Assembly (NCBI GenBank): GCA_000091165.1
Contig: FP565575.1
Coordinates: forward strand, 2,400,001-2,432,000
DNA: 32,000 bases
Reading direction: 5' to 3'
DNA from: Candidatus Methylomirabilis oxygeniifera
GTDB taxonomy: Bacteria > Methylomirabilota > Methylomirabilia > Methylomirabilales > Methylomirabilaceae
Shown: positions 1 through 8,646 of the stretch, piece after piece
Layout: each line of letters begins with the position of its first letter
How positions within the stretch are numbered: the first letter of the stretch is position 1
Position numbers and translations under genes: made by a program
Notes under the pieces: model-generated
What the model was told of the DNA's origin: nothing
The model's database searches: none
The model's input: the letters and a program-made list of their open reading frames with translations, nothing else

Positions 1-321
1 CCCCATTCCTTCCCTGAAGAGCGACGCGGCCAAAGGGAAGACGATATACGGCCCGCCGGGCATCAGCAGACCCACCAGCCACCCGAGCAGGATGCCCTGC
101 ACGCCGGACTCCTTACCCATCCATTTGACCAGCAGCTCCCGGGGAACGAGCACCTCGAAGAGGCCGGCCAGACAGAAACCGAACAACAGCGGCAGCCAGA
201 CCTCCCGGAGCAGCCCGAATCCGGCCTGAATACCCTGCAGGGGCAGATCCTTCCCTTTCGTCAAGGCCCACGCAATCATCAGGATGGTCAGCCCCCCCAT
301 CACAAGGACGTCGGTATCCAT
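1..321 (-). CDS. Permease, DUF318/ArsP-like membrane protein (C-terminus beyond window edge)
   Basis: Reverse-strand reading frame from ATG at 321: MDTDVLVMGGLTILMIAWALTKGKDLPLQGIQAGFGLLREVWLPLLFGFCLAGLFEVLVPRELLVKWMGKESGVQGILLGWLVGLLMPGGPYIVFPLAASLFREGM; multiple hydrophobic helices and the G-x-x-x-G-x-x-x-PGGP motif typical of this permease family. Runs off the left edge. Confidence 0.75.
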   Translation of the reverse strand, partial: MDTDVLVMGGLTILMIAWALTKGKDLPLQGIQAGFGLLREVWLPLLFGFCLAGLFEVLVPRELLVKWMGKESGVQGILLGWLVGLLMPGGPYIVFPLAASLFREGMG

Positions 322-395
322 GGTCTTTTTTCCCCTCTGCGTCGTCGGTGTGTCTGCCACACCACTCCTCCCGTGATCGAAGGCCTGAGGATGAA

Positions 396-1787
396 TCAGG
401 GCCGGGATAGGCCGAACTTCTTAAGCCGATAACGAAGCGTGTCTCGACTGAGGCGAAGCAGCCTGGCGGCCTTCGTCTGATTGCCGCCGCTGTCCCGTAA
501 CGCCAGCTCCACCAACGACCGTTCCCACGCCTCCAGGTCGATCCCCTCCCGCGGGAGCGCCCCAGGAACAAGACCGGCAGTCGACAGGAGGTCCGGCGAC
601 GTGCTCGGCGGCACAGGGGCCAGAGAGAGCTGATCGATCGACAGCCGATCCCCGTGGCTCCACAGGACGGCACGCTCGATGACGTGGCTCAGCTCCCGAA
701 TGTTGCCGGGCCACGAATACTCAAGGAGGGTTCGGGCGGCCCGGTTGTCGATCGTGCGAATCGCCTTACCGTACTTGGCGTTGAACGTCTCCAGAAAGTG
801 GGTGGCGAGCAGCAAGATATCCTCGTCGCGCTCGCGCAATGGCGGCAGATCGATGGTGATGACGGCAAGCCGATAGTAGAGGTCTTTTCTAAATCGAGCG
901 GCCTTGACCTCGGTTTCGAGGTCCCGATGGGTGGCAGCTACAATCGTGACATCCACTCGCCGATCCCGTAGCCCCCCGACCCGACGGATGACCCGTTCCT
1001 CGACGGCGCGAAGCAGCTTGCCTTGAAGGGCGAGTTCGGTGTCGCCCACCTCGTCCAGGTAGAGGAAGCCTCCATCAGCCGCCTCGAACAGACCCATCTT
1101 CGATTCCTTCGCATCGGTAAACGCCCCGCGCTCGTATCCGAACAGTTCCGCCTCCATCAGCGTGGCTGGGAGCGCCGTGCAGTTGATCTCGATGAAGGCG
1201 CGTGACGCCCGCCGACTGTGGCGGTGCAGTGTGCGCGCCACCAACCCTTTTCCGGTCCCCGTCTCCCCTGTGATCAGAATGGGGGGGGAGTCCTCCAACG
1301 CGGCAATCTGCTGGATCCGAGCAACGATCTCGCACATGGCCGCGCACTTCCCGATAATCCCCATGTAGGGGCGCTCCCGGACGTCCCGCTCCCTGTAATA
1401 GGAGAGCTCCTGTCGCAACCGTGCGCTCTCACACGCCCGGTCGGCCAGCATCTTCAGTTCATCAAGGTCGACCGGTTTCTTAATGTAGTCGAACGCTCCC
1501 AGCTTGACCGCCTCCACCGCTCCCTCAATGGAGCCGTAGGCGGTCATGATGATGACGGCAATATTGCGGTCGAACTCTTTGATTCTGCTCAGCAACTCCA
1601 TGCCGCTTTGGCCCGGCAGGCAGACATCCAGAAAGACCAGGTCCGGACGGAGGCGATCCAGCAGCTCCAGCGCCCTGTCGGCGTTCTCAGCCACTTCCGC
1701 CTCGTACCCCTGTTCGGTCATGAACAGCTTGATCGAGCGAGCCAGGGTGCGCTCATCGTCCACAATTAACAGAGTCGAGGGGTTCAT
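396..1787 (-). CDS. Sigma-54-dependent response regulator, NtrC family (REC-AAA+-HTH)
   Basis: N-terminal receiver (LLIVDDE, FLDVCLPGQSG, KPVD), AAA+ (GETGTGKG, ELFGYERGAFTDA, GLFEAADGGFLYLDEVG), C-terminal Fis-type HTH. Confidence 0.95.
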   Translation of the reverse strand: MNPSTLLIVDDERTLARSIKLFMTEQGYEAEVAENADRALELLDRLRPDLVFLDVCLPGQSGMELLSRIKEFDRNIAVIIMTAYGSIEGAVEAVKLGAFDYIKKPVDLDELKMLADRACESARLRQELSYYRERDVRERPYMGIIGKCAAMCEIVARIQQIAALEDSPPILITGETGTGKGLVARTLHRHSRRASRAFIEINCTALPATLMEAELFGYERGAFTDAKESKMGLFEAADGGFLYLDEVGDTELALQGKLLRAVEERVIRRVGGLRDRRVDVTIVAATHRDLETEVKAARFRKDLYYRLAVITIDLPPLRERDEDILLLATHFLETFNAKYGKAIRTIDNRAARTLLEYSWPGNIRELSHVIERAVLWSHGDRLSIDQLSLAPVPPSTSPDLLSTAGLVPGALPREGIDLEAWERSLVELALRDSGGNQTKAARLLRLSRDTLRYRLKKFGLSRP

Positions 1788-3322
1788 GTTGTCCTGTCCC
1801 GGTTGCCCGATGAGGTCGGTAGTGTGATGCTCACTGTGGTTCCGACTCCCGGTGTGCTGGCGATGTCCAGTGATCCGCCGTTCTGCACCACATACCGTTT
1901 TGCGATGGCGAGGCCAAGACCGGTTCCTTCCGCCCTCGTCGTGAAGAATGGATCACAGACCGACGGGAGGACCTGTGTGGCGATCCCATTTCCGGTATCG
2001 GCGATCTGGAGGACCACGCATCCGGGCTGACCGTTGTCGGGTCGGCGGTACCCACGGATCGTAACAGACCCTCCCTCAGGCATGGCATCGAGGGCGTTCG
2101 AGAATATTTCGCCAAGCGCTTGCTCCACCTGAATCGGATCGACATAGACGTCCGGCAGGTTGTTCTGCAGGTCGATCTCAAGTCGAATATCACGATCCTT
2201 GAGCGGCGCGGCGAAGGCGGGTAACAGGTCGTCGATCAACCTCGAGAGTTGTTCCGGCAGGGGACGAAAAGGGCCGGGGCGGGAGAAGGCGAGCAGATGA
2301 GAGATGCGGCGGTCCAGTCGGTCCACCTCGGCAATGACCATCTTCAGGTGCTCCTGCGCCACACGTTCATCGCCCACGTGGTGCAGAGTCACCTGAGCTG
2401 CAGCTCGAAGGCTCGCCAGGGGATTGCGCAGGCCGTGAGCAACTGCGGCGGACATCTCGCCGATGGATGCCAGTTTTTCAGATTGGATAAGTTGTGCCTG
2501 GGTCTCTTCCAGTTTCTTAATCTTCGCTTCCAGCTCGTCATTAAGGTGGGCCATGGCCTTGTGGGAACGTTTCAGGTTCTCGGTCATCCCGGCGAATGCC
2601 TGGGCTAACTCGCCGATCTCGTCTTTCGAGCGAACCGCTACCTCATGATCCAGGTGGCCTGCCCCGACGACCTCCATGGCCGCCTTCAGTTGATGGATCG
2701 GCCGCGCCAGTCCCCTGGAGATCAGAATCGAGGCGGCGACCCCGAGGGCTAACGACAGTAGGATAATCAACGATAACAGGCGCTGCTCCGCTTGCAGGAT
2801 CTCCTCAAGCCTGGCGTAGGCCCGTTGCAGGCTGTGGGCACGGGCAGCGCCGTATATCTCCTTATTCTTCGCACTGAGGGCGGGCAGGAGTCGGCTTTTT
2901 ATCTCCGTGTTGGCCAGGGCCAGCGCCGCGCTCCGCTGTCCGCCCTGGTACAGGAAGATGATTTGCTTGCCGACATCGAACATCTGAGTATGAATCTGCT
3001 CGACGTCTGTGGCGAGGTCCAGTTCGTCGGGTGTCAGCGTCAGCTTCCACTGGCGGAGGCGCTCCTGGATTTCCGGCTCCAGCCGGAAGAACTCTGCCTG
3101 CGCCTCGTGATCTATCCCGGTGAGAAACCCCCAGACTTGGCGGCTCTGGCGGAACAGAACCGTTTCGAGCTCGGCGTATGTCCGAGTTCTCGCCATGCTT
3201 TCGCCAAGCGCTCTGAGGGCTGCTCGTTCCTCCCGATTATTCCACACGGCCTGTACGCCGATCAGCAGGACAGGCACAACCATAAGCGCGAAGCCAAGCA
3301 GCAATTTACGTTGGAACTTCAT
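1784..3322 (-). CDS. Sensor histidine kinase with HAMP domain, partner of the NtrC-type regulator
   Basis: Two TM segments, HAMP region, H-box SAAVAHGLRNPLASLRAA, N/G boxes (EIFSNALDAM, DTGNGI, GTGLGLAIAK). 4-nt overlap with the regulator gene. Confidence 0.93.
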   Translation of the reverse strand: MKFQRKLLLGFALMVVPVLLIGVQAVWNNREERAALRALGESMARTRTYAELETVLFRQSRQVWGFLTGIDHEAQAEFFRLEPEIQERLRQWKLTLTPDELDLATDVEQIHTQMFDVGKQIIFLYQGGQRSAALALANTEIKSRLLPALSAKNKEIYGAARAHSLQRAYARLEEILQAEQRLLSLIILLSLALGVAASILISRGLARPIHQLKAAMEVVGAGHLDHEVAVRSKDEIGELAQAFAGMTENLKRSHKAMAHLNDELEAKIKKLEETQAQLIQSEKLASIGEMSAAVAHGLRNPLASLRAAAQVTLHHVGDERVAQEHLKMVIAEVDRLDRRISHLLAFSRPGPFRPLPEQLSRLIDDLLPAFAAPLKDRDIRLEIDLQNNLPDVYVDPIQVEQALGEIFSNALDAMPEGGSVTIRGYRRPDNGQPGCVVLQIADTGNGIATQVLPSVCDPFFTTRAEGTGLGLAIAKRYVVQNGGSLDIASTPGVGTTVSITLPTSSGNRDRTT

Positions 3323-3391
3323 GTGTAGAACTGTAGCCGTCCTGCTTCAACGCCGTCAAGGGAAAGTTATGGTGTCTTCTCTTGAATCCAC

Positions 3392-3420
3392 TTGACAGAG
3401 ATAATGACGTGGAGTTAGAT
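3392..3420 (+). promoter_or_regulatory. Candidate sigma70-type promoter of the AOR operon (TTGACA-N17-TTAGAT)
   Basis: TTGACA at 3392-3397 and TTAGAT at 3415-3420, 17-nt spacer, about 40 nt before the ferredoxin ATG, which has a GGAGG Shine-Dalgarno. Confidence 0.5.
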
Positions 3421-3460
3421 GAAGAAGGTCTTAACCCGTTCAGCGTAGACGGAGGTTGGA

Positions 3461-3952
3461 ATGGCGAAGGTTCTCAGCATCATCCCCGAACGATGTACCG
3501 CCTGCCGGGCCTGTGAGTTGGCCTGCTCCGTGAAGCACACCGGCGAGTTTAACCCCAGCCGATCTCGCATCAAGGTCAGTATCTTCCTTGAAGAGGCGGT
3601 CTACATCCCCACTGCCTGCACTCAGTGCACCGAAGCCTGGTGCGCGAAGATCTGCCCCACCACCGCTATCCTTCGCAACGATGATTACATGGCGTACTAC
3701 GTGGTCGACGACAAATGCGTCGGCTGCAAGATGTGCGTTCTGGCCTGTCCGTTTGGGGCGATAGAGCTGTATGCCGACCACGGCAAGGCCGAGAAGTGCG
3801 ATCTCTGCCTCTCGATCGACGGCGATCCGGAATGCGTAAAGTTCTGTACGCCGAAGGCGCTACTCTTTACCGATGAGGACGAGGGACCTAAGGCGAAGCA
3901 GGCGGCAACCGCCCGTCGGCTGAAGGAGGCCTTACAGGAGGCGGCAGGCTGA
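3461..3952 (+). CDS. 4Fe-4S ferredoxin subunit associated with aldehyde oxidoreductase (AorA-like)
   Basis: 16 cysteines in four groups (CTACRACELAC, CTQCTEAWCAKIC, CVGCKMCVLAC, CDLC...CVKFC), enough for four [4Fe-4S] clusters; stop overlaps the AOR start. Confidence 0.9.
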   Translation: MAKVLSIIPERCTACRACELACSVKHTGEFNPSRSRIKVSIFLEEAVYIPTACTQCTEAWCAKICPTTAILRNDDYMAYYVVDDKCVGCKMCVLACPFGAIELYADHGKAEKCDLCLSIDGDPECVKFCTPKALLFTDEDEGPKAKQAATARRLKEALQEAAG

Positions 3953-5760
3953 TGGGCTGGACCGGGACGATCCTCAGAGTCAACCTGAGCAGCGGCAGCG
4001 TGGCGAAGGAGCCCCTGGACCGCCATCTCGCCAGGGCGTACATCGGCGGTCGCGGCCTGGCGACGAAGATCCTGTACGATGAGATCGACCCGACGCTCGA
4101 TCCGCTTGGGCCGGCTAATAAACTGATCCTCGCCACCGGCCCGCTCACCGGCACGAACGCCCCGACCGGCGGCAGATATATGGTGGTGACCAAGTCGCCG
4201 CTCACCGGCGCGATCGCCTGCTCCAATTCCGGCGGGTACATCGGAGCCGAGATGAAGTACGCCGGGTACGACCTGGTGATTGTGGAGGGGAAGGCGCCGC
4301 ATCCGGTGTATCTCTGGGTTAACAACGATCAGGTAGAGCTTCGGGACGCCGCCCACGTTTGGGGGCGGTCCACGCACGAGACCGAGGACACCCTTCGAGC
4401 GGCCACCAGCGCCGAGGCTAAGATCTGCAGCATCGGGCCGGCGGGGGAGACGTTGAGCCTGACCGCCGCCGTGATTAACGACAAGCATCGGGCTGCAGGG
4501 CGCTCCGGGGTAGGCGCGGTGATGGGATCGAAAAACCTGAAGGCCGTCGTCTTCCGGGGTACCCAGTCGGTGAAGGTCGCGCACCCCCAAGCGTTCATGC
4601 AGGCCTGCCTCCTGGCCGTGGCGAAGCTCAAGGCAGACCATGGTTCGGGAGAAGGTCTGCCGACGTACGGCACGCCAGGGATTGTGAACGTCATTAACGC
4701 CCACGGCTTCATGCCGACCAACAACTTTCAGTTCGGTCAGTTTGCCGGCGCCGACAAAATCAGCGGCGAGACCATCCATGACCAGATCCTGATCCGGAAC
4801 AAGGGCTGCTTTGCGTGTACCATCGCCTGCGCGCGGGTCACTGAGGTCAAGGCCGGAACGTTCAAGGGGTCGGGCGAGGGGCCGGAGTACGAGACCGTCT
4901 GGGGCCTTGGCGCCATGACCGGTGTGGACGATCTGGCTGCCGTCACCAAGGCCGGCTATCTCTGCAATGAGCTGGGGATGGATACGATCGAGGCAGGGGT
5001 GGCCATCGCTACCGCTATGGAGCTGTTCGAGCGGGGCTACATCCCGGAGCGTGAGATCGGCCGCCCACTTCGGTTCGGCGATGCGGATGCGCTGGTGGAG
5101 ATGACGGAAAAGCTGGGCAGGGGAGATGGGTTTGGCGCGATTCTGGCGCTAGGCGGCGCGCGGCTCGCCGAGCGGTACGGCCACCCTGAACTGTTCATGG
5201 GGGTCAAACGGCAGGCGTTCGCCGCGTATGACGGGCGAGGGGCTCAAGGGATCGGACTGGGGTATGCGACCTCTAACCGGGGTGCTTGTCACCTGCGCGG
5301 CTACACCATCGCGGCTGAGGTATTCGGTGTTCCGCACAAGATGGATCCCTTCACCACCGAGGGGAAAGCGGCGCTTGCCAAATCGTCCCAGGACGCCACC
5401 GCCTTTGTCGATTCGACCGGCACCTGCGTATTCACTACCTTTGCCCTGGGACCAGCGGATCTGCACGCCATGTTGGAGCTGGCGACGGACGCCGGCTATA
5501 CGGTGGAGGAAGTTCTCACGATCGGCGAGCGGATCTGGAACCTGGAGCGGCTCTTTAACCTCAGGGCCGGCCTCAGCGCCAAAGACGACACCCTGCCTCA
5601 TCGCATCCTGAAGGAGCCGATTCCAGCGGGACCGGCCAAGGGGAAGGTGGCCCGCCTCGGCGAGATGCTCCCGGAATACTATCGCCTTCGAGGCTGGGAC
5701 CCGCAAGGTGTGCCGACGCAAGAGAAACTGAAGGATCTAGGCCTCTACCCCACACCCTAA
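3952..5760 (+). CDS. aor: Tungsten/molybdenum aldehyde:ferredoxin oxidoreductase (AOR family)
   Basis: Family hallmarks: GWTGTILRVNLSSG, YIGGRGLATKILYDE, SNSGGYIGAEMKYAGYD, CFACTIACARV, GPEYETVWGLG, EAGVAIATAMELFERG. Confidence 0.95.
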   Translation: MGWTGTILRVNLSSGSVAKEPLDRHLARAYIGGRGLATKILYDEIDPTLDPLGPANKLILATGPLTGTNAPTGGRYMVVTKSPLTGAIACSNSGGYIGAEMKYAGYDLVIVEGKAPHPVYLWVNNDQVELRDAAHVWGRSTHETEDTLRAATSAEAKICSIGPAGETLSLTAAVINDKHRAAGRSGVGAVMGSKNLKAVVFRGTQSVKVAHPQAFMQACLLAVAKLKADHGSGEGLPTYGTPGIVNVINAHGFMPTNNFQFGQFAGADKISGETIHDQILIRNKGCFACTIACARVTEVKAGTFKGSGEGPEYETVWGLGAMTGVDDLAAVTKAGYLCNELGMDTIEAGVAIATAMELFERGYIPEREIGRPLRFGDADALVEMTEKLGRGDGFGAILALGGARLAERYGHPELFMGVKRQAFAAYDGRGAQGIGLGYATSNRGACHLRGYTIAAEVFGVPHKMDPFTTEGKAALAKSSQDATAFVDSTGTCVFTTFALGPADLHAMLELATDAGYTVEEVLTIGERIWNLERLFNLRAGLSAKDDTLPHRILKEPIPAGPAKGKVARLGEMLPEYYRLRGWDPQGVPTQEKLKDLGLYPTP

Positions 5761-5780
5761 ACCCTATACCCTATCTTTAT

Positions 5781-6083
5781 ATGGCTGAAGTACGCTTCCT
5801 TGGCGCGATCCGAAGAGTTGCGGGAAAGTCATCGTTTGGGACCGATGCCGGGACGGTGGAAGAACTCCTGGAAGCGCTGAGGCGGGTCATGAGCCCCGCG
5901 TTCCAGAAGTTCGTATTTGAGGGGGAAAAGCTCCGGCAGGATGTCGATGTCCTGGTCAACGACCGGAATATCGCGCTTCTCGACGGCTTGAAAACAGCAC
6001 TCACCCCATTCGACCAGGTGACGCTACGCATCAATGGCGCCAGAGGATTCCCCTGTTCACCGGCCCGGACCGAGATAGCATGA
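5781..6083 (+). CDS. MoaD-like sulfur-carrier-fold protein (no C-terminal Gly-Gly)
   Basis: MAEVRFLGAIRRVAGKSS...DVLVNDRNIALLDGLKTALTPFDQVTLRINGARG..., beta-grasp pattern typical of MoaD/ThiS proteins beside AOR genes. Confidence 0.7.
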   Translation: MAEVRFLGAIRRVAGKSSFGTDAGTVEELLEALRRVMSPAFQKFVFEGEKLRQDVDVLVNDRNIALLDGLKTALTPFDQVTLRINGARGFPCSPARTEIA

Positions 6084-6102
6084 TATCCGCCGCTTCTGTG
6101 AC

Positions 6103-7065
6103 GTGGGGGTGAGCAAGGAGGCGAGCATCGAGGTTGGGCGCGTCCGCGAGATCTGGCGATACCCGGTGAAGTCTATGATCGGCGAGCGGCTCGATCGCGG
6201 TTATGTGGGCACGAAAGGATTATGGGGCGATCGTGGTTGGGCGATTCGAGGCGAGGCAACCGGGGAGATTCATAACGCCAAGCGCCACCCCATCCTGATG
6301 CAGTGCAGAGCGATATATCGCGAAGAACCACGTGCCGACCACATTCCGCACGTGGAGATCACGCTACCCGACGGCGCCACCGTCTCCAGCGATTCGCCGG
6401 CCGCCTCGCAGCGCTTGTCGGAACTGATCGGACGGCACGTTACCCTCCGTCCGGTGCAGCCGGGCGCAGACACGGCGTATTACCGTAGGCGCGAGCCGGG
6501 CGCTGCCCTGTTCGGCCGGCTGTGGGCGTATCGGTCGGCTCGCCGTCTGCTGCAACGACTCATCCTTCGCGGCCCGGCCGAAAAGGAACTGCGGGCGGTG
6601 TTCGGGCTCGAACCCGAGGACCCGTTGCCCGATTTGTCCGGCGTTCCTCCAGTCGCGTGGGAATTCTACACGCCGCCGGGCACGTATTTTGATCTTTTCC
6701 CGATTCACGTACTGACAACGTCAACGCTACAGTTGATGTCGCAGCTCAATCCGGCCGCCAATTGGGATGTCAGGCGATTCAGGCCCAATGTGCTGGTGGA
6801 CACCAAGCCGACGAATGGAGCCATAGAGAACGACTGGGTTGGCCGGACGATGCGCATCGGCGATGTCGTCGTCAAGGGGGAACTGCCCGCGATCCGTTGT
6901 GCGATGCCGATGCACGCCCAGGCCGATTTGCCGCGCGATCCATCGGTGCTGCGAACGATTGTCCGTAAAGCGGATCAGTCTCTAGGGCTGTACGCGTCGA
7001 TCATCGAGGCGGGCAGTGTCGCCACGGGCGATCCGGTAGAACTTGTGCCCCGTTCAGCGACTTAG
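6103..7065 (+). CDS. MOSC domain-containing protein with N-terminal MOSC beta-barrel
   Basis: VREIWRYPVKSMIGERL N-terminal motif; FRPNVLVDT...W(V)GRTMRIGDVVV...IRCAMP; adjacent to a Mo/W enzyme gene. Confidence 0.85.
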   Translation: MGVSKEASIEVGRVREIWRYPVKSMIGERLDRGYVGTKGLWGDRGWAIRGEATGEIHNAKRHPILMQCRAIYREEPRADHIPHVEITLPDGATVSSDSPAASQRLSELIGRHVTLRPVQPGADTAYYRRREPGAALFGRLWAYRSARRLLQRLILRGPAEKELRAVFGLEPEDPLPDLSGVPPVAWEFYTPPGTYFDLFPIHVLTTSTLQLMSQLNPAANWDVRRFRPNVLVDTKPTNGAIENDWVGRTMRIGDVVVKGELPAIRCAMPMHAQADLPRDPSVLRTIVRKADQSLGLYASIIEAGSVATGDPVELVPRSAT

Positions 7066-7108
7066 CGCCGGTTGAAGGCTGGTAAAATAAAGCTTAGGGA
7101 TCTCAATT

Positions 7109-8374
7109 ATGGGTGAGTTTCATCAGATCATCATCGGAGCCAGCGCGGCAGGCCTCGCAGCCGTCGAAGCGATTCGGCGAGTGGACAAGGACTGCCCGAT
7201 TACGGTCGTCTCGAAGGAGCCGATGCCGCTCTACTCGCGGGTTGGCCTTACCCACTTCATCTCCCGAGAGGTCGGCTACGACGGGATGCGGATGCGGGAC
7301 GATGACTACTTCGAGCGGATGAGAGTGCGGGACCTGATGGGCGTGGCCGCTCTCGCCGTCGATCCCACTGCTCGCCGTGTCGCGCTGAGCAACGGCGAGA
7401 ACTTGGCCTACGACAACCTGCTGGTGGCATCCGGCTCTCACGCCGTTATGCCACCGATCCCAGGGACGAATCTCCAAGGCGTCTACACCTGCATCACCAA
7501 CGTCGATGCGAAACAGATCGACGAGGCGATCCCCCGGGCGAACGCGGCTGTCGTGATCGGTGCGGGCCTGATCGGGATCCAGGTCGTCGATGCTTTCGCC
7601 CATCGCGGCCTGAATACAACCGTCATCGAACAGATGCCGCACATCATGCCTGCCATGGCCGATCCGGTCTCCGCCGCGATGGCGGAGGAGGCGCTTCGGG
7701 AAGCCGGGGTGACGGTCAGGTGCGGTGTCAGAGCTACGGAATTGTTGAGCAAGGACGGTTGCGTCACCGGCGTAAAGGTTGAAGGTGGCGAGGTGTTTCC
7801 ATGCCAGCTCCTGGTCATGGCGGCCGGTGTCGCGCCTAACCTCGACTTTCTCAGCGGAACCGGTGTGAGCATGAACCGCGGGCTGGTAGTGGATGCCTAT
7901 CAGCGAACGAGCCTGGACGGGATCTATGCGGCCGGCGATGTCGCCGAGACTGTCGATATGTTCAGCGGCGAGCGAGTGGTGAACGCTATCTGGCCTGAAG
8001 CGCTGAACCAAGGAAGGATTGCCGGGCTGAACATGACTGGGGTCGCCACGCCGTACGAGGGGTCGATGGCGATGAATGTGACCTCGGTCCTGCAGACCCC
8101 GGTCGTGTCATTAGGCGCGTGGAATTTACAGCCTGGTGACCGGTATGAGATCCGGGAGGTCCGCGACGACGGAAGGCGAGCCTACCGTAAGCTGGCCTTC
8201 GATGGGGAACAGCTTGTGGGCGCGATGTTGGTGGGCAGGTTCGAGGATGCCGGGATTCTCCACAACATGATCCGAAGCCGGACCACCTTTACCTTGCAGC
8301 CGGACCACCTGGCTCCGGACACCGTCCGCTGGGGAACGGTATTGCGAGCCATCCACAAGGCCGGTAGAGTGTGA
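7109..8374 (+). CDS. FAD/NAD(P)-dependent pyridine nucleotide-disulfide oxidoreductase (AorC-like)
   Basis: N-terminal FAD motif IIIGASAAGLAAVEAIRR, central AAVVIGAGLIGIQVVDAFAHRGLNTTVIE, DGIYAAGDVAE; C-terminal MNVTSV region. Confidence 0.88.
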   Translation: MGEFHQIIIGASAAGLAAVEAIRRVDKDCPITVVSKEPMPLYSRVGLTHFISREVGYDGMRMRDDDYFERMRVRDLMGVAALAVDPTARRVALSNGENLAYDNLLVASGSHAVMPPIPGTNLQGVYTCITNVDAKQIDEAIPRANAAVVIGAGLIGIQVVDAFAHRGLNTTVIEQMPHIMPAMADPVSAAMAEEALREAGVTVRCGVRATELLSKDGCVTGVKVEGGEVFPCQLLVMAAGVAPNLDFLSGTGVSMNRGLVVDAYQRTSLDGIYAAGDVAETVDMFSGERVVNAIWPEALNQGRIAGLNMTGVATPYEGSMAMNVTSVLQTPVVSLGAWNLQPGDRYEIREVRDDGRRAYRKLAFDGEQLVGAMLVGRFEDAGILHNMIRSRTTFTLQPDHLAPDTVRWGTVLRAIHKAGRV

Positions 8375-8646
8375 AGGTCGAGGTGTCGTTGTTCGGGACG
8401 CTGGCTCAGTACCTGCCGAGAGGGACTCAGGGCCGCACGGTCATCATGGACTGTCCCGACGGGGTCACGGTCGGGCAGGTGATCGACCAGATCGGCATCC
8501 CAAAGCCGTACCCCACGATGATCCTCGTCAACGGCATCCACGCCGACCCGGACACTCAACTTCAAGAAGGCGATCTTCTCGCTCTGTTCCCACCCCTGGC
8601 CGGCGGGTCACTCATCGCCTTGGCCGGAAGGCCGAGCTGCTCGTAA
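8371..8646 (+). CDS. MoaD/ThiS family sulfur-carrier-like protein with a C-terminal extension after Gly-Gly
   Basis: MKVEVSLFGTLAQYLP...ILVNGIHADPDTQLQEGDLLALFPPLAGG followed by SLIALAGRPSCS; 4-nt overlap with upstream oxidoreductase. Confidence 0.85.
   Translation: MKVEVSLFGTLAQYLPRGTQGRTVIMDCPDGVTVGQVIDQIGIPKPYPTMILVNGIHADPDTQLQEGDLLALFPPLAGGSLIALAGRPSCS

Noticed and set aside
113-673. 186-aa minus-strand ORF
   Set aside because: Overlaps the clear NtrC-type regulator and the permease in another frame; repetitive Arg/Gly-rich translation.
3697-4779. 360-aa minus-strand ORF opposite the AOR gene
   Set aside because: Low-complexity Arg/Gly/Val-rich translation with no family motifs; AOR and the ferredoxin on the plus strand are unambiguous. 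Typical antisense ORF in high-GC coding DNA.
7103-8011. 302-aa minus-strand ORF
   Set aside because: Mirrors the FAD oxidoreductase coding frame; composition (His/Asp/Gln rich) is typical of an antisense frame and lacks domain motifs.
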